Source: Phage NC-G. Taken from it: a DNA stretch of 64,000 nt. The stretch lies in the sequence record MK310184; one strand, given 5' to 3'. Shown here piece by piece: positions 40,565 through 50,318 of the stretch. The translations under genes and the position numbers were made by a program. The notes under the pieces are model-generated. The model had not been told where the DNA came from, did no database searches, and saw only the letters and a list, made by a program, of their open reading frames with translations. Position 1 is the stretch's first letter, and each line of letters begins with the position of its first letter.

Positions 40565-42547
40565 ATGGCTTTATTATCACCGGGCATTGAGCTCAAAGAA
40601 ACGTCCGTACAGAGTACTGTCGTTCGTAACGCAACGGGTCGTGCAGCGCTGGTTGGTAAATTCCAGTGGGGCCCTGCTTTCCAGGTAACTCAGATTACCA
40701 ATGAAGTTGAACTGGTTGATTTGTTTGGAGGTCCTAATAACGAAGTAGCAGATTACTTTATGTCTGGTATGAACTTCCTCCAGTATGGTAATGACCTTCG
40801 TACAGTTCGTGTCGTTAGTCGCGAATTTGCTAAAAACGCATCTCCTATCGCTGGTAATATCGAAACCACTATTACTACGGCTGGTTCCAACTATGCTGTA
40901 GGCGATAAAATTAATATTAAATATAACCAAACTGTAGTCGAATCTGAAGGTCGTGTGACTTCTGTAGATACAGACGGTAAAATTCTTTCTGTGTTTATTC
41001 CGTCAGCAAAAATTATTGCTTACGCACGTTCTTTAAACCAGTATCCTACCCTAGGCCCGGCTTGGACTGCTGAAGTTACTTCCGCCTCTTCGGGTGTTTC
41101 CGGTACTATTACCGTAGGTAAAATTGTTACGGATTCCGGTATTCTTTTGACCGAAGCCGAGAATAGTGAAGAAGCTATTACTTCTCTTGAATTCCAAGCG
41201 GCCCTTAAGAAATTTGCTATGCCAGGCGTAGTGGCTCTTTATCCTGGTGAAATTGGTTCTACTCTGGAAGTAGAAATCGTTTCTAAAGCAGCTTATGAAG
41301 CTGGTTCTTCTAAAATGTTGGATGTTTATCCTGGTGGCGGTACCCGTGCTTCTATTGCCAAGGCAGTATTTAATTACGGACCTCAAACAGATGACCAATA
41401 TGCTATTATCGTTCGTCGCGATGGCGCTATCGTAGAATCAGTCGTACTTTCCACCAAAGAAGGTGAAAAAGACGTTTACGGTAATAACATTTATCTTGAC
41501 GATTATTTCGCTAAAGGTACTTCTAATTACATCTATGCTACCTCGTTAAACTGGCCGAAAGGATTTAGTGGTATCATTAATCTGTCTGGTGGTATTTCCG
41601 CCAACGATAAAGTTACTGCAGGCGATTTGATGCAGGGTTGGGATTTGTTTGCCGACCGTGAAGCACTCCATATTAACCTGCTTATTGCTGGTGCTGTTGC
41701 TGGTGAAGGCGATGAAGTGGCTTCTACTGTTCAGAAACACGTTGTGAGTATTGCTGATGAACGTCAGGATTGCTTAGCATTTATTTCTCCTCCTAAAGGT
41801 CTGTTGGTTAACGTTCCACTGACTCGTGCAGTAGATAACCTTATCGACTGGCGTACCGGTGCAGGTACTTTCGATGCCAACAACATGAACATCAGTACCA
41901 CTTATGCCGCTATTGATGGTAACTATAAATATCAATACGACAAATATAACGACGTAAACCGTTGGGTACCACTGGCTGCCGATTTGGCTGGTTTGTGTGC
42001 ACGTACTGATGATGTGTCCCAGCCTTGGATGTCTCCTGCCGGTTATAACCGTGGTCAGATTCTTAACGTTCTGAAATTGGCAATTGAACCGCGTCAAGCA
42101 CAACGCGACCGCATGTACCAGGAAGCTATTAACCCGGTTGTTGGTTTTGCTGGTGGTGATGGTTTTGTATTGTTTGGTGATAAGACTGCAACTAAAGTTC
42201 CATCTCCGATGGACCATATTAACGTTCGCCGTCTGTTCAACATGCTTAAGAAAAATATCGGTGATGCCTCTAAATATAAACTGTTTGAATTGAACGATAA
42301 CTTCACTCGTTCAAGCTTCCGTATGGAAGTTTCTCAGTACTTAGATGGTATTAAGGCACTTGGTGGGATTTATGAAGGACGTGTGGTTTGTGATACTACA
42401 GTGAACACCCCTGCGGTTATCGACCGTAACGAGTTTATTGCTAATATCTATGTTAAACCTGCTCGTTCTATTAACTACATCACGTTGAACTTCGTTGCAA
42501 CGAGCACTGGTGCTGATTTTGATGAATTGATTGGACCTTTAGTATAA
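40565..42547 (+). CDS. 18: Tail sheath protein gp18
   Basis: 660 aa at the T4 gene 18 position. Confidence 0.95.
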   Translation: MALLSPGIELKETSVQSTVVRNATGRAALVGKFQWGPAFQVTQITNEVELVDLFGGPNNEVADYFMSGMNFLQYGNDLRTVRVVSREFAKNASPIAGNIETTITTAGSNYAVGDKINIKYNQTVVESEGRVTSVDTDGKILSVFIPSAKIIAYARSLNQYPTLGPAWTAEVTSASSGVSGTITVGKIVTDSGILLTEAENSEEAITSLEFQAALKKFAMPGVVALYPGEIGSTLEVEIVSKAAYEAGSSKMLDVYPGGGTRASIAKAVFNYGPQTDDQYAIIVRRDGAIVESVVLSTKEGEKDVYGNNIYLDDYFAKGTSNYIYATSLNWPKGFSGIINLSGGISANDKVTAGDLMQGWDLFADREALHINLLIAGAVAGEGDEVASTVQKHVVSIADERQDCLAFISPPKGLLVNVPLTRAVDNLIDWRTGAGTFDANNMNISTTYAAIDGNYKYQYDKYNDVNRWVPLAADLAGLCARTDDVSQPWMSPAGYNRGQILNVLKLAIEPRQAQRDRMYQEAINPVVGFAGGDGFVLFGDKTATKVPSPMDHINVRRLFNMLKKNIGDASKYKLFELNDNFTRSSFRMEVSQYLDGIKALGGIYEGRVVCDTTVNTPAVIDRNEFIANIYVKPARSINYITLNFVATSTGADFDELIGPLV

Positions 42548-42553
42548 TCTATT

Positions 42554-42716
42554 ATCCCAGGCTGTAATATAAAGAACCTAAAACCATTATACCATGTGTT
42601 TGGTTACAGCGTACATCACGTAGAATTGCGCCTGGGATTGATTAACTATCAGGAATATGATTTATCAACTGTTATAAATAAATTAATCAGAACGTTCCTG
42701 GTGTGGCCAGGAACTG
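42554..42716 (+). promoter_or_regulatory. Structured gene 18 / gene 19 intergenic region
   Basis: Nested inverted repeats ATCCCAGGCTGTAA ... TTACAGC ... GCCTGGGAT and a second hairpin GTTCCTGG/CCAGGAAC; no ORF. Confidence 0.35.
42673..42680 (+). promoter_or_regulatory. T4 late-promoter motif TATAAATA upstream of gene 19
   Basis: Exact TATAAATA inside the 18/19 intergenic region. Confidence 0.55.
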
Positions 42717-42732
42717 ACTTATGAGGCATCCC

Positions 42733-43224
42733 ATGGAGTTGACAGATATCACTCGTGCGTTTGAGTCAGGTGACTTTGCACGCCCTAACCTTTTCGAAGT
42801 GGAAATTCCATTTCTTGGTAAAAACTTTAGCTTTAAATGTAAAGCAGCACCTATGCCTGCAGGCATTGTAGAAAAAGTACCGGTTGGCTACATGAACCGT
42901 AAAATTAACGTAGCTGGTGACCGTACATTTGATGATTGGACTATTACCATTTATAACGATGATGCTCATGACACCCGTCAGGCAATTGTTGATTGGCAAA
43001 ACCTCTGCCATGGTATGACCAATGAAATTACCGGTGCAGCACCTGCAGAATATAAGAAACAAGCAATTGTTCGACAGTTCCACCGTGACGGTAAGACTGT
43101 GACTAAAGAAGTTACAATTTATGGCTTATGGCCTACTAACGTTGGTGAAGTCCAGATGGACTGGGATTCTAACAACGAAGTTGAAACGTTTGAAAGTACG
43201 TTCGCTATCGATTGGTGGGAATGA
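42733..43224 (+). CDS. 19: Tail tube protein gp19
   Basis: TRAFESGDFARPNLFEVEIPFLGKNFSFKCKA closely matches T4 gp19; start set at MELTDI by alignment to the T4 N-terminus. Confidence 0.9.
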   Translation: MELTDITRAFESGDFARPNLFEVEIPFLGKNFSFKCKAAPMPAGIVEKVPVGYMNRKINVAGDRTFDDWTITIYNDDAHDTRQAIVDWQNLCHGMTNEITGAAPAEYKKQAIVRQFHRDGKTVTKEVTIYGLWPTNVGEVQMDWDSNNEVETFESTFAIDWWE

Positions 43225-43225
43225 G

Positions 43226-43233
43226 TATAAATA
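43226..43233 (+). promoter_or_regulatory. T4 late-promoter motif TATAAATA upstream of gene 20
   Basis: Exact TATAAATA overlapping the gene 19 stop, followed by a GGAGCttcgGCTCC hairpin. Confidence 0.5.
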
Positions 43234-43281
43234 GAATTATAAAGGAGCTTCGGCTCCTTATCCCATTCATCGGAGACTCTA

Positions 43282-44856
43282 ATGGCAAACTTTAATACAA
43301 TATTAAGTTTTCTTAAGCCATGGGCTAATGAAGACGAAAAAGAATATAAACAACAATTAAATAACAATTTAGAGTCTGTCACTGCACCTAAGCTTGATGA
43401 TGGCGCTCGCGAAATTGAAACCCAAGAGCAAAATATCCCTTATAACGCTCTTATGCAACAAATGTTTGGTAGTAATGAGCCTGAAGTTAAAAACACCAGG
43501 GAACTCATTGATACCTACCGTAATTTGATGAACAACTATGAAGTCGATAACGCAGTTCAAGAAATTGTGTCTGACGCTATTGTCTACGAGGATGATAAAG
43601 AAGTAGTTGCATTAAATTTAGACGGGACTGATTTCAGCCAAGCAATTAAAGATAAAATTTTGGCCGAATTTAGTGAAGTTTTAAACCTTTTAAATTTCCA
43701 ACGTAAAGGCACTGACCATTTCCAACGTTGGTATGTAGACTCAAGAATATTCTTTCATAAAATTATAAACCCTAAAAAAATGAAAGATGGTATACAAGAG
43801 CTCCGTCGTTTAGACCCTCGCCAACTCCAATATATCCGTGAAATTGTTACACGTATGGAAGACGGTGTTAAAATTGTAGATGGATACCGCGAGTTTTTCG
43901 TTTACGATACTGGTCATGAAAGTTATTGTGCTGATGGACGCATTTATTCAGCTGGGACTAAAGTTAAAATTCCTCGTGCTGCTGTAGTTTATGCACATTC
44001 TGGGTTATTGGATTGTTGTGGTAAAAACATCATTGGCTATTTGCAACGTGCTATTAAGCCTGCAAACCAGCTTAAATTGATGGAAGATGCAATGGTCATC
44101 TATCGTATTACCCGTGCTCCCGACCGTCGTGTATTTTATATCGATACAGGAAATATGCCTTCTCGTAAGGCTGCGGCACAAATGCAACATATCATGAACA
44201 CGATGAAAAACCGTGTGGTATATGATGCTTCGACCGGTAAAATTAAAAACCAGCAACATAATATGTCGATGACTGAAGACTATTGGTTGCAACGTCGAGA
44301 CGGTAAAGCGGTAACAGAAGTTGATACCATGCCTGGTGCCACAGGTATGAGTGATATGGATGACGTTCTTTATTTCCGCACAGCACTTTACCGTGCATTG
44401 CGTATTCCAGAGTCACGTATCCCTAGTGAATCTAATTCCGGTGTTATGTTTGATGCTGGTACGGCTATAACTCGTGATGAGTTGAAATTTGCCAAATGGA
44501 TTCGCCAGCTCCAAAATAAATTCGAAGAAATTTTCTTAGACCCATTAAAAACAAACCTCATTCTTAAAAAGATTATTACAGAAGATGAGTGGGAAAGAGA
44601 AATAAATAATATTAAAGTTACGTTCAACCGTGATAGCTACTTCAGTGAAATGAAAGATGCGGAAATCATGGAACGCAGAATCAATATGCTAACGATGGCT
44701 GAACCATTTATTGGTAAGTATATTTCACATCAAACGGCTATGAAAGATTTCCTTCAGATGACTGACGAAGAAATTAATCAAGAAGCTAAGCAAATTGAAG
44801 AAGAGTCTAAAGAGGCTCGTTTCCAAAACCCAGATGAAGAAGAAGAGGATTTCTAA
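43282..44856 (+). CDS. 20: Portal vertex protein gp20
   Basis: 524 aa, as T4 gp20. Confidence 0.95.
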   Translation: MANFNTILSFLKPWANEDEKEYKQQLNNNLESVTAPKLDDGAREIETQEQNIPYNALMQQMFGSNEPEVKNTRELIDTYRNLMNNYEVDNAVQEIVSDAIVYEDDKEVVALNLDGTDFSQAIKDKILAEFSEVLNLLNFQRKGTDHFQRWYVDSRIFFHKIINPKKMKDGIQELRRLDPRQLQYIREIVTRMEDGVKIVDGYREFFVYDTGHESYCADGRIYSAGTKVKIPRAAVVYAHSGLLDCCGKNIIGYLQRAIKPANQLKLMEDAMVIYRITRAPDRRVFYIDTGNMPSRKAAAQMQHIMNTMKNRVVYDASTGKIKNQQHNMSMTEDYWLQRRDGKAVTEVDTMPGATGMSDMDDVLYFRTALYRALRIPESRIPSESNSGVMFDAGTAITRDELKFAKWIRQLQNKFEEIFLDPLKTNLILKKIITEDEWEREINNIKVTFNRDSYFSEMKDAEIMERRINMLTMAEPFIGKYISHQTAMKDFLQMTDEEINQEAKQIEEESKEARFQNPDEEEEDF

Positions 44857-45128
44857 TGGAAGATTTAATCGAAGCTATTAAATCAAACGACCTCGTAGCA
44901 GTTCGTAAAGCAGCAGCCCCGCTTATCGAATCTCGAGTAGCCGCTTTGATTGAAGCCCGTAAAGCAGAAATTGCTCGCTCCGTTATGATTGAAGGCGAAG
45001 AAGCCGACGAAGATGACGAAGACGAAGATAAAGACGAAAAATCCGATAAAGCAGATAAGAAAGACAAAAAAGAATCTGACGATGCGGATGAAGGTGATGA
45101 TGGTGATGACGACGAGGACGATGAATAA
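44856..45128 (+). CDS. 67: Prohead core protein gp67
   Basis: 90 aa with poly-acidic tail, at the T4 gene 67 position. Confidence 0.8.
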   Translation: MEDLIEAIKSNDLVAVRKAAAPLIESRVAALIEARKAEIARSVMIEGEEADEDDEDEDKDEKSDKADKKDKKESDDADEGDDGDDDEDDE

Positions 45129-45556
45129 TGTTCCTTATCCCTGATGATTACGAATTAACTCTAGAAAGCGTAGAGGCCAAAATTCCAGAAGCACAGGGAC
45201 GTTTTGCTACTCTTTCTGAAGCCCTCGAGAAAAGCGATATAAATAATCTTGTAGAGAACATGATTGCTGATGGCGATATTGATACAGCTATTGCCATCGC
45301 CTCTTTGAATGAAAATATGGCTCTTAACGAATTTATCGTTAAGCACGTTTCTTCTAAAGGTGAGCTTACTCGTACTAAAGATATTAAAACCCGTCAACGC
45401 AACGCTTATCAAACGACCGGGTTGTCTAAAGCAAAACGCCGTCAGATTGCTCGCAAAGCATCTAAAACCAAACGTGCTAACCCGTCTATTCAAGTACGCG
45501 CCGAACGTAAGCGTAAGAAAGCTCGTTCTAAACGTAAAGCCTTTGGACTTAACTAA
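45128..45556 (+). CDS. 68: Prohead core protein gp68
   Basis: 142 aa, as T4 gp68. Confidence 0.8.
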   Translation: MFLIPDDYELTLESVEAKIPEAQGRFATLSEALEKSDINNLVENMIADGDIDTAIAIASLNENMALNEFIVKHVSSKGELTRTKDIKTRQRNAYQTTGLSKAKRRQIARKASKTKRANPSIQVRAERKRKKARSKRKAFGLN

Positions 45557-46191
45557 TGAAACCTGAATTGCTCATCGAACATTGGGGACAACCAGGTGAA
45601 ATTATCGATGGGGTTCCAATGTTGGAATCTCATGATGGAAAAGATTCTGGACTTGCCCCAGGCCTTTATATAGAAGGCATATTCATGCAAGCCGAAGTGG
45701 TTAACCGTAATAAACGTCTTTATCCAAAACCTATTTTGGAAAAAGCTGTTGCTGATTATATGGCAGAACAGGTTGCTACTAAACAAGCTTTAGGAGAATT
45801 AAATCATCCGCCTCGTGCTAACGTCGACCCTATGCAAGCCGCTATTATTATTGAAGATATGTGGTGGAAAGGTAATGACGTTTATGGACGTGCTCGTATT
45901 ATTGAAGGCGACCATGGTCCTGGTGATAAACTAGCTGCTAATATTAGAGCCGGTTGGGTACCTGGTGTTAGTTCTCGTGGTCTAGGTTCTTTAACTGAAA
46001 CCAATAAAGGATATAAGCGCGTAAACGAAGGTTATAAATTAACCGTCGGTGTTGATGCAGTATGGGGTCCATCTGCTCCTGATGCTTATGTAACTCCTAA
46101 ACAAATTACAGAATCACAAACGGTAGATACCGATACCAGTGCCGATGACGCCTTTATGGCTCTCGCAGAGGCCATGAAAAAAGCGTTATAA
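45556..46191 (+). CDS. 21: Prohead core protease gp21
   Basis: 211 aa at the T4 gene 21 position. Confidence 0.9.
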   Translation: MKPELLIEHWGQPGEIIDGVPMLESHDGKDSGLAPGLYIEGIFMQAEVVNRNKRLYPKPILEKAVADYMAEQVATKQALGELNHPPRANVDPMQAAIIIEDMWWKGNDVYGRARIIEGDHGPGDKLAANIRAGWVPGVSSRGLGSLTETNKGYKRVNEGYKLTVGVDAVWGPSAPDAYVTPKQITESQTVDTDTSADDAFMALAEAMKKAL

Positions 46192-46194
46192 ATA
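46187..46194 (+). promoter_or_regulatory. T4 late-promoter motif TATAAATA upstream of gene 22
   Basis: Exact TATAAATA overlapping the gene 21 stop. Confidence 0.55.
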
Positions 46195-46221
46195 TTATTA
46201 TCTAAACAACAGGACTACAAA

Positions 46222-47037
46222 ATGCTTAAAGAACAACTGATCGCTGAAGCACAGAATATTGATGCTTCCGTTGCTCTTGACAGTATTTTCGAATCAGTTA
46301 ATATTTCTCCGGAAGCAAAAGAAACTTTCGGCACTGTATTCGAAGCTACCGTCAAGCAACACGCCGTTAAACTGGCTGAATCTCATATCGCTAAAATCGC
46401 TGAAAAAGCGGAAGAAGAAGTTGAGAAAAATAAAGAAGAAGCTGAAGAAAAAGCTGATAAGAAAATCCAAGAAGCTGCTGGTCGTTTCCTTGACCACGTT
46501 GCTAAAGAATGGATGGCTGAAAACCAGCTGGCTGTTGATAAAGGTATTAAAGCCGAACTGTTCGAATCCATGTTGATGGGTATGAAAGAACTGTTTGTTG
46601 AACACAATGTGGTTGTTCCAGAAGAAGCAGTAGACGTTGTTGCTGAAATGGAAGAAGAACTCCAAGAGCAGAAAGATGAAACCGCTCGTCTGTTCGAAGA
46701 AGTTGGTAAGCGCGATGCGTATATTAATTACGTACAGCGTGAAGTTGCGTTGACTGAAGCAACTAAAGACCTGACCGAATCTCAAAAAGAAAAAGTTAGT
46801 TCTCTGGTAGAAGGCATGGATTATTCCGATGCATTTGGTAAAAAAATTGGCGCTATCGTTGAAATGGTTAAAGGCCAGACTGACGTTGAAAAACCAATCA
46901 CCGAAGCCGCTATAAATAAAACTGAAGACGATGCTGCAGCACTGAATTATATTTCGGAAGCAGTTGAAGAAAAAGGCACTAAGCCTACCCTGTCCTTCGC
47001 GGACCTGTCTGCAATCGCAGCATCTCGAATTTCTTAA
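46222..47037 (+). CDS. 22: Prohead core scaffold protein gp22
   Basis: 271 aa, highly acidic coiled coil, at the T4 gene 22 position. Confidence 0.9.
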   Translation: MLKEQLIAEAQNIDASVALDSIFESVNISPEAKETFGTVFEATVKQHAVKLAESHIAKIAEKAEEEVEKNKEEAEEKADKKIQEAAGRFLDHVAKEWMAENQLAVDKGIKAELFESMLMGMKELFVEHNVVVPEEAVDVVAEMEEELQEQKDETARLFEEVGKRDAYINYVQREVALTEATKDLTESQKEKVSSLVEGMDYSDAFGKKIGAIVEMVKGQTDVEKPITEAAINKTEDDAAALNYISEAVEEKGTKPTLSFADLSAIAASRIS

Positions 47038-47058
47038 TTTAATAAGGTTATACAACAC

Positions 47059-48618
47059 ATGAAAAAGAATGCATTAGTTCAAAAATGGTCCGCTCTGCTG
47101 GAAAACGAAGCTCTTCCTGAAATCGTTGGTGCTTCTAAACAAGCTATCATCGCTAAAATTTTCGAAAACCAGGAACAAGACATCCTGACTGCTCCGGAAT
47201 ACCGTGACGAAAAAATCTCTGAAGCATTTGGTTCTTTCCTGACCGAAGCTGAAATCGGTGGTGACCACGGTTATGATGCTACCAATATCGCTGCTGGCCA
47301 GACCTCTGGTGCAGTAACTCAGATTGGGCCGGCAGTAATGGGTATGGTTCGTCGTGCTATTCCTCATCTGATTGCTTTTGATATTTGTGGTGTCCAGCCT
47401 CTGAATAACCCTACCGGTCAGGTATTTGCACTGCGTGCAGTATATGGTAAAGACCCTATCGCTGCAGGCGCTAAAGAAGCTTTCCATCCGATGTATGCTC
47501 CGAACGCTATGTTCTCTGGTCAGGGTGCTGCTGAAACTTTCGAAGCACTGGCTGCAAGCAAAGTTCTGGAAGTTGGTAAAATTTATTCTCACTTCTTCGA
47601 AGCTACCGGTTCTGCACACTTCCAGGCTGTTGAAGCTGTAACCGTTGATGCAGGCGCTACTGATGCCGCTAAACTGGATGCTGCTGTTACCGCTCTGGTT
47701 GAAGCTGGTCAGCTGGCTGAAATCGCTGAAGGTATGGCTACTTCTATCGCCGAACTTCAGGAAGGTTTCAACGGTTCTACCGATAACCCGTGGAACGAAA
47801 TGGGCTTCCGCATCGACAAACAAGTTATCGAAGCTAAATCTCGTCAGCTGAAAGCAAGCTACTCTATCGAACTGGCACAGGACCTTCGTGCAGTACACGG
47901 TATGGATGCAGATGCTGAACTGTCCGGTATCCTTGCTACCGAAATTATGCTCGAAATCAACCGTGAAGTTATCGATTGGATTAACTACTCTGCACAGGTT
48001 GGTAAATCTGGTATGACCAACACCGTTGGCGCTAAAGCTGGTGTGTTTGACTTCCAGGACCCGATTGATATCCGTGGTGCTCGTTGGGCCGGTGAGAGCT
48101 TTAAAGCCCTTCTGTTCCAGATTGATAAAGAAGCAGCCGAAATCGCTCGTCAGACCGGTCGTGGTGCTGGTAACTTCATCATCGCTTCCCGTAACGTAGT
48201 TAACGTACTGGCTGCAGTTGATACTTCTGTAAGTTATGCAGCTCAAGGTCTGGGTCAGGGTTTCAACGTTGACACAACCAAAGCAGTATTTGCCGGTGTT
48301 CTTGGTGGTAAATATCGTGTTTACATCGACCAGTATGCTCGTTCCGATTACTTCACCATCGGTTATAAAGGTTCCAACGAAATGGACGCAGGTATCTACT
48401 ATGCTCCGTACGTTGCACTGACTCCGCTGCGTGGTTCCGATCCGAAGAACTTCCAACCGGTAATGGGCTTCAAAACTCGTTACGGTATCGGTATTAACCC
48501 GTTCGCTGACCCAGCTGCTCAGGCGCCTACCAAACGTATTCAGAATGGTATGCCTGACATCGTTAACAGCCTCGGTCTGAATGGTTACTTCCGTCGCGTA
48601 TATGTTAAAGGTATCTAA
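47059..48618 (+). CDS. 23: Major capsid protein gp23
   Basis: 519 aa; N-terminal propeptide ending LTEAEIGGDHGY at a gp21-type LxE cleavage context. Confidence 0.95.
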   Translation: MKKNALVQKWSALLENEALPEIVGASKQAIIAKIFENQEQDILTAPEYRDEKISEAFGSFLTEAEIGGDHGYDATNIAAGQTSGAVTQIGPAVMGMVRRAIPHLIAFDICGVQPLNNPTGQVFALRAVYGKDPIAAGAKEAFHPMYAPNAMFSGQGAAETFEALAASKVLEVGKIYSHFFEATGSAHFQAVEAVTVDAGATDAAKLDAAVTALVEAGQLAEIAEGMATSIAELQEGFNGSTDNPWNEMGFRIDKQVIEAKSRQLKASYSIELAQDLRAVHGMDADAELSGILATEIMLEINREVIDWINYSAQVGKSGMTNTVGAKAGVFDFQDPIDIRGARWAGESFKALLFQIDKEAAEIARQTGRGAGNFIIASRNVVNVLAAVDTSVSYAAQGLGQGFNVDTTKAVFAGVLGGKYRVYIDQYARSDYFTIGYKGSNEMDAGIYYAPYVALTPLRGSDPKNFQPVMGFKTRYGIGINPFADPAAQAPTKRIQNGMPDIVNSLGLNGYFRRVYVKGI

Positions 48619-48633
48619 TATAAACCTTATTAT

Positions 48634-48655
48634 GGGAGACTTCGGTCTCCCATTC
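48634..48655. terminator. Bidirectional terminator hairpin after gene 23
   Basis: GGGAGACttcgGTCTCCC with flanking A/T runs, between convergent genes. Confidence 0.55.
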
Positions 48656-48666
48656 TTGTTTCTATA

Positions 48667-48933
48667 CTATGCAATCTTAACACGACGGTTGATGATATCA
48701 CGGAAGTCAATACGATTTTCTTGGATTTTCAGCCAGTTACCAGATTTGTCTTTGGTATGGGTAGAGTATTCACCGTTCCACCAGAAGTCGGTAGCATAAG
48801 CCATGGCTTCGTATTTCTTAACTAGTGCATTCACTGCATTACCGTTAGGATTGGAACCATATTTTTCTACCAGGGCTTTGATGTCTTTATCAAGAGCGGA
48901 AAGAGTAGTACGAATAAAGTTTAACTTGTTCAT
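48667..48933 (-). CDS. Hypothetical small protein, 88 aa, in the position occupied by segD in T4
   Basis: Start at MNKLNF with GAGGAGATT Shine-Dalgarno; driven by its own promoter cassette; no GIY-YIG motif. Confidence 0.5.
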   Translation of the reverse strand: MNKLNFIRTTLSALDKDIKALVEKYGSNPNGNAVNALVKKYEAMAYATDFWWNGEYSTHTKDKSGNWLKIQENRIDFRDIINRRVKIA

Positions 48934-48944
48934 TTTTAATCTCC

Positions 48945-48995
48945 TCATGTTTTGATAGGTCTATAGTAACATGTGATAACCTTGCTGTAAACAAC
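48945..48995 (-). promoter_or_regulatory. Early promoter cassette (PeSL-like) between genes 23 and 24
   Basis: Minus strand GTTTACAgcaaggttatcacaTGTTACTATAGACCTATCAAAACATG, same leader as the cassettes near the tRNA cluster. Confidence 0.5.
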
Positions 48996-48998
48996 TTT

Positions 48999-49006
48999 TA
49001 TAAATA
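48999..49006 (+). promoter_or_regulatory. T4 late-promoter motif TATAAATA upstream of gene 24
   Basis: Exact TATAAATA about 28 nt before the gene 24 ATG. Confidence 0.55.
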
Positions 49007-49034
49007 AACATATACCCTCAATAAGGAAAGCGCA

Positions 49035-50318
49035 ATGGCAAAGATTAACGAATTACTGCGCGAGTCAACAACTACTTCTAGCAACTCATTGGGTCGCCCT
49101 AATCTTGTTGCTTTGACCCGTGCTACAACCAAATTGATTTACCGTGATATTATTGCTGAACAACGTACTAGCCAGCCTATTGCTGCATTGTATGGTGTCA
49201 AATATCTTACTCCTGATAATGAATTTAGCTTCCAAACTGGTGCCGTTTATGGTGGTGAAGTTGGTTCTAAAGACCGTGAAACTATCCCGGAACTCACAGA
49301 TAAGGCCCAGGCTATTGCCAAGGGTGAATATTTCAAGTATCAGAACATAGTTTATAAGGCTCTTCAAGCAAGCCCACTCGCATCCACTAGCGCTACAGAA
49401 TTGACTGATGCCCTTCAAGAAGGTTTGGTGTCATTAACATGTCGTCTGGTTCCTGATGCGGCTCACACAGAGAAATTCGAAGCAGGTGATGTTGAAATTA
49501 GTAATGCAGTATTCCAGGTTAATAAATGGAACGCACCTGTTAAGTCTCGTAAACTTAAAACCGCTTTGACTGTAGAACTAGCCCAAGACATGGAATCCAA
49601 TGGCTTCGACGCCCCTGCGTTCTTAGAAGACCTTTTAGCCACTGTAATGGCTGATGAAATCAATAAAGACGTACTACAATCCTTGATTACCGTATCCAAA
49701 CGCTATAAAGTTACTGGTGTATCTGATAATGGTATTATTGATTTGACTTATGATAGTGCTCCGGAATCTGCACGTAAACTTTATGAAATTGTTTGTGAGA
49801 TGAATTCTGAAATCCAGAAAACTACTTCTTATTCTGGTACGTTTGTTGTGGCTTCAAGTCGTGTAGCTGCAATGCTTGCGGGTTCAGGCTGGTTAAAACA
49901 TAAACCTGAAGATAATAATTGGCTCCCAGAAACTGCCTATGGTTATTTGTTGAATGGATTACCTCTGTTCTGTGACGTTAACAGCCCGTTGGATTATGTT
50001 ATCGTCGGTGTTAAAGAGAACTATGGTGGTAATGAAGTTGTCGGTTCTATTTTCTATGCCCCGTACACAGAAGGCCTGGATTTAGACGACCAAGAACACG
50101 TTGGTGCTTATAAGGTTATTGTCGACCCGGATTCATTACAGCCTTCTATTTCTCTGATGGTTCGTTATGCACTGTCCGCTAACCCGTACACCGTAGCTAA
50201 AGACGATAAAGAAGCTCGTGTTATAGATGCAACCAATATGGATTTAATGGCTGGACAGAGTAATATGTCTTATCTGCTTGGTGTTAAACTTCCAGCAATT
50301 ATTTACGAGGCTGATTAA
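49035..50318 (+). CDS. 24: Capsid vertex protein gp24
   Basis: 427 aa; MAKINELLRESTTT... is near-identical to the T4 gp24 N-terminus. Confidence 0.95.
   Translation: MAKINELLRESTTTSSNSLGRPNLVALTRATTKLIYRDIIAEQRTSQPIAALYGVKYLTPDNEFSFQTGAVYGGEVGSKDRETIPELTDKAQAIAKGEYFKYQNIVYKALQASPLASTSATELTDALQEGLVSLTCRLVPDAAHTEKFEAGDVEISNAVFQVNKWNAPVKSRKLKTALTVELAQDMESNGFDAPAFLEDLLATVMADEINKDVLQSLITVSKRYKVTGVSDNGIIDLTYDSAPESARKLYEIVCEMNSEIQKTTSYSGTFVVASSRVAAMLAGSGWLKHKPEDNNWLPETAYGYLLNGLPLFCDVNSPLDYVIVGVKENYGGNEVVGSIFYAPYTEGLDLDDQEHVGAYKVIVDPDSLQPSISLMVRYALSANPYTVAKDDKEARVIDATNMDLMAGQSNMSYLLGVKLPAIIYEAD

Noticed and set aside
46294-47058. 254-aa minus-strand ORF and several plus-strand ORFs of low complexity
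   Set aside because: Antisense to or out of frame within gene 22, whose repetitive GAA/AAA-rich sequence keeps alternative frames open.
47074-48456. 460-aa ORF on the minus strand
   Set aside because: Lies entirely antisense to the major capsid gene 23, which is unambiguous; the long open frame is a codon-bias shadow.
48667-48933. segD-type homing endonuclease between genes 23 and 24
   Set aside because: The ORF is only 88 aa and has no GIY-YIG or HNH motif; likewise no segE-like gene lies between inh and uvsW.
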